A stretch of DNA of 35,859 nucleotides, taken from assembly GCA_003542935.1 (NCBI GenBank), contig DPJQ01000217.1:1-35859 (forward strand), given 5' to 3'. The number at the start of each line of letters is the position of its first letter. The first letter of the stretch is position 1. Of the stretch, positions 34,597 through 35,859 are shown one piece after another. Made by a program: the position numbers and the translations under genes. Origin of the DNA: Lachnospiraceae bacterium. GTDB lineage: Bacteria > Bacillota > Clostridia > Lachnospirales > Lachnospiraceae. The notes beneath the pieces were generated by a model. It made no database searches, was not told where the DNA came from, and saw only the letters and a program-made list of their open reading frames with translations.

Positions 34597-35859
34597 ATGA
34601 AGGCAGTCTTTAGTGAAGAAACAAAACTTAAAATGTTAAAAGGCGTAGACGTCCTGGCGGATTCGGTTCAATCGACGCTGGGGCCTTTGGGGAGGAATGC
34701 GGCCATGTATCAGAAGGCAAACCTCCGGGATGCGGAATATTCCGATCCCCGCAGGGCCGGCGCCCATGTACTGGTCACCAATGACGGCGCGACGATCGCC
34801 CGGGGCATCGTTCTGGAAGATCCCCTTGAAAATATGGGGGTACAGCTTTTGAAAGATGCGGCTGTCCGCGTGAATAAAACGGTGGGAGACGGGACGACGA
34901 CGACGATCGTTCTGGCCCGGCGTATGCTCCACGAAGCCATGGCCGGTATTGCGGCGGGGGCCAGCCCCGTCCAGGTTCGGAGGGGGATGCATGCGGCGGA
35001 AGAGGCTGTCAGGAAAAGTATCCGGGAAAGCGCGGTTCCGGTCTCATCCAGAGAAGAGTACATAAAGGTGGCATCCGTGTCCTGCGGAGATCCAAAGCTG
35101 GGAGAAATGATCGGAGAGGCCTTTGAACGCGTGGGCCCGGAAGGTGTGATCCGCCTTGATGACGCGGGAAAACCGGAAACCTGCCTGGAAGTGCAGGAAG
35201 GAATCGTTCTTGACCGGGGATTTATCCATGCGGAGATGGCGACGGATGCGGAGAGATCCTGTGCTCAGCTGCACCACCCGTATATTCTTCTGTGCGACAC
35301 CCAATTTACCGATCCCCAGGATCTGCTGCCGGTGATGATCATGGCGGCGGAGGATGACAGGCCCCTGCTGGTTATCTCCGAAAGCGTGGAAGCGGAGGCC
35401 CTGGGACTGATTCTTGGCAATAAACGGCAGGGTTCTCTGGAGGTCGTCTGCATACAGGCGCCGGAGTACGGCGACGGACGCCGCTGGAGAATGGAGGATA
35501 TGGCCGTCCAGACAGGCGGTATATATATATCCGGGGAAAAGGGGCTGGCGATCCGAAATGTCACCCGGGATATGCTGGGGTCGGCGGATTATGTCAAGGT
35601 CACCCGGAAGCAGACGGTGATCACCGGCGGGCATGGGGATCCGGCCCTGATACAGATGCGGACAGCGGAATTGCGGGAGCTGATCCGTATCACGGATTAT
35701 GAATTTAACAGAAAAAGATACGAAGAGCGGCTGGCAAAGTTTGTCTCCGGTGTTGCGGTGCTGTATGTCGGCGGTGCCACAGAACCGGAGCAGTGGGAGC
35801 GGAAAATGCGGGCAGAAGACGCGGTAAACGCCGTGAGGGCAGCCGGGGAGGAGGGAATC
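34597..35859 (+). CDS. Divergent Cpn60/GroEL-family paralog (3' end outside window; absent from the ORF track because no stop is reached)
   Basis: Hand translation of frame 1 from the ATG at 34597 gives MKAVFSEETKLKMLKGVDVLADSVQSTLGPLGRN...TNDGATIARGIVLEDPLENMGVQLLKDAAVRVNKTVGDGTTTTIVLA...EGIVLDRGF...LAKFVSGVAVLYVGGATEPE...AEDAVNAVRAAGEEGI. It is colinear with GroEL through about residue 410. Confidence 0.8.
   Translation, partial: MKAVFSEETKLKMLKGVDVLADSVQSTLGPLGRNAAMYQKANLRDAEYSDPRRAGAHVLVTNDGATIARGIVLEDPLENMGVQLLKDAAVRVNKTVGDGTTTTIVLARRMLHEAMAGIAAGASPVQVRRGMHAAEEAVRKSIRESAVPVSSREEYIKVASVSCGDPKLGEMIGEAFERVGPEGVIRLDDAGKPETCLEVQEGIVLDRGFIHAEMATDAERSCAQLHHPYILLCDTQFTDPQDLLPVMIMAAEDDRPLLVISESVEAEALGLILGNKRQGSLEVVCIQAPEYGDGRRWRMEDMAVQTGGIYISGEKGLAIRNVTRDMLGSADYVKVTRKQTVITGGHGDPALIQMRTAELRELIRITDYEFNRKRYEERLAKFVSGVAVLYVGGATEPEQWERKMRAEDAVNAVRAAGEEGI

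Noticed and set aside
1-35859. Scan for CRISPR arrays, rRNA or tRNA genes, IS elements with terminal inverted repeats, and long direct repeats.
   Set aside because: None were recognised by eye. The only mobile-element signature is the serine-recombinase element in sleC.

Overview
35.9-kb window from a moderately GC-rich, apparently spore-forming Firmicute; the Clostridia-like assignment is an inference from gene content. Most of it is ordinary core chromosome. Left to right: the tail of a sugar-type ABC ATPase, a URO-D family protein, a VWA/DUF2201 plus MoxR-like AAA+ pair, carD, aspartate kinase, and the conserved pyrH-frr-uppS-cdsA-dxr-rseP cluster. Further right are hppA, a PDDEXK_9-type protein, a GH13 glycosidase, a DtxR/MntR-type repressor, aroK, capA-like and an aldo/keto reductase. 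The window ends with a LuxR-linked cluster: PanB-like, a small ORF, an SDR, and a divergent GroEL paralog that runs off the 3' end. The standout is at 13.6-21.7 kb. A SleC-type spore cortex-lytic enzyme gene on the minus strand is cut into two halves (21003..21686 and 13638..14225) by a 6,780-bp insertion. The insertion is bounded by the same 4-bp core (ACCA at both ends), and a large serine recombinase gene abuts one junction and reads across it. The element also carries a small ORF translationally coupled to the recombinase, a MATE exporter, a secreted SH3b/ricin-lectin/C39-like peptidase, a secreted beta-propeller-like protein and an XRE regulator. It has no phage structural genes. Removing the element in silico restores an in-frame 422-aa sleC, so this resembles a skin/SPbeta-type sporulation intervening element in a germination gene. 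Second-tier oddities are a sigma-70 paralog lacking regions 3.2-4 and the DNA-melting aromatics, a VWA protein with HSLFH in place of HExxH, a PanB-like protein lacking the canonical metal-binding Asp motifs, and an orphan divergent Cpn60 without GroES. No rRNA, tRNA or CRISPR array was recognised. All homology calls come from reading the translations, not from database searches.
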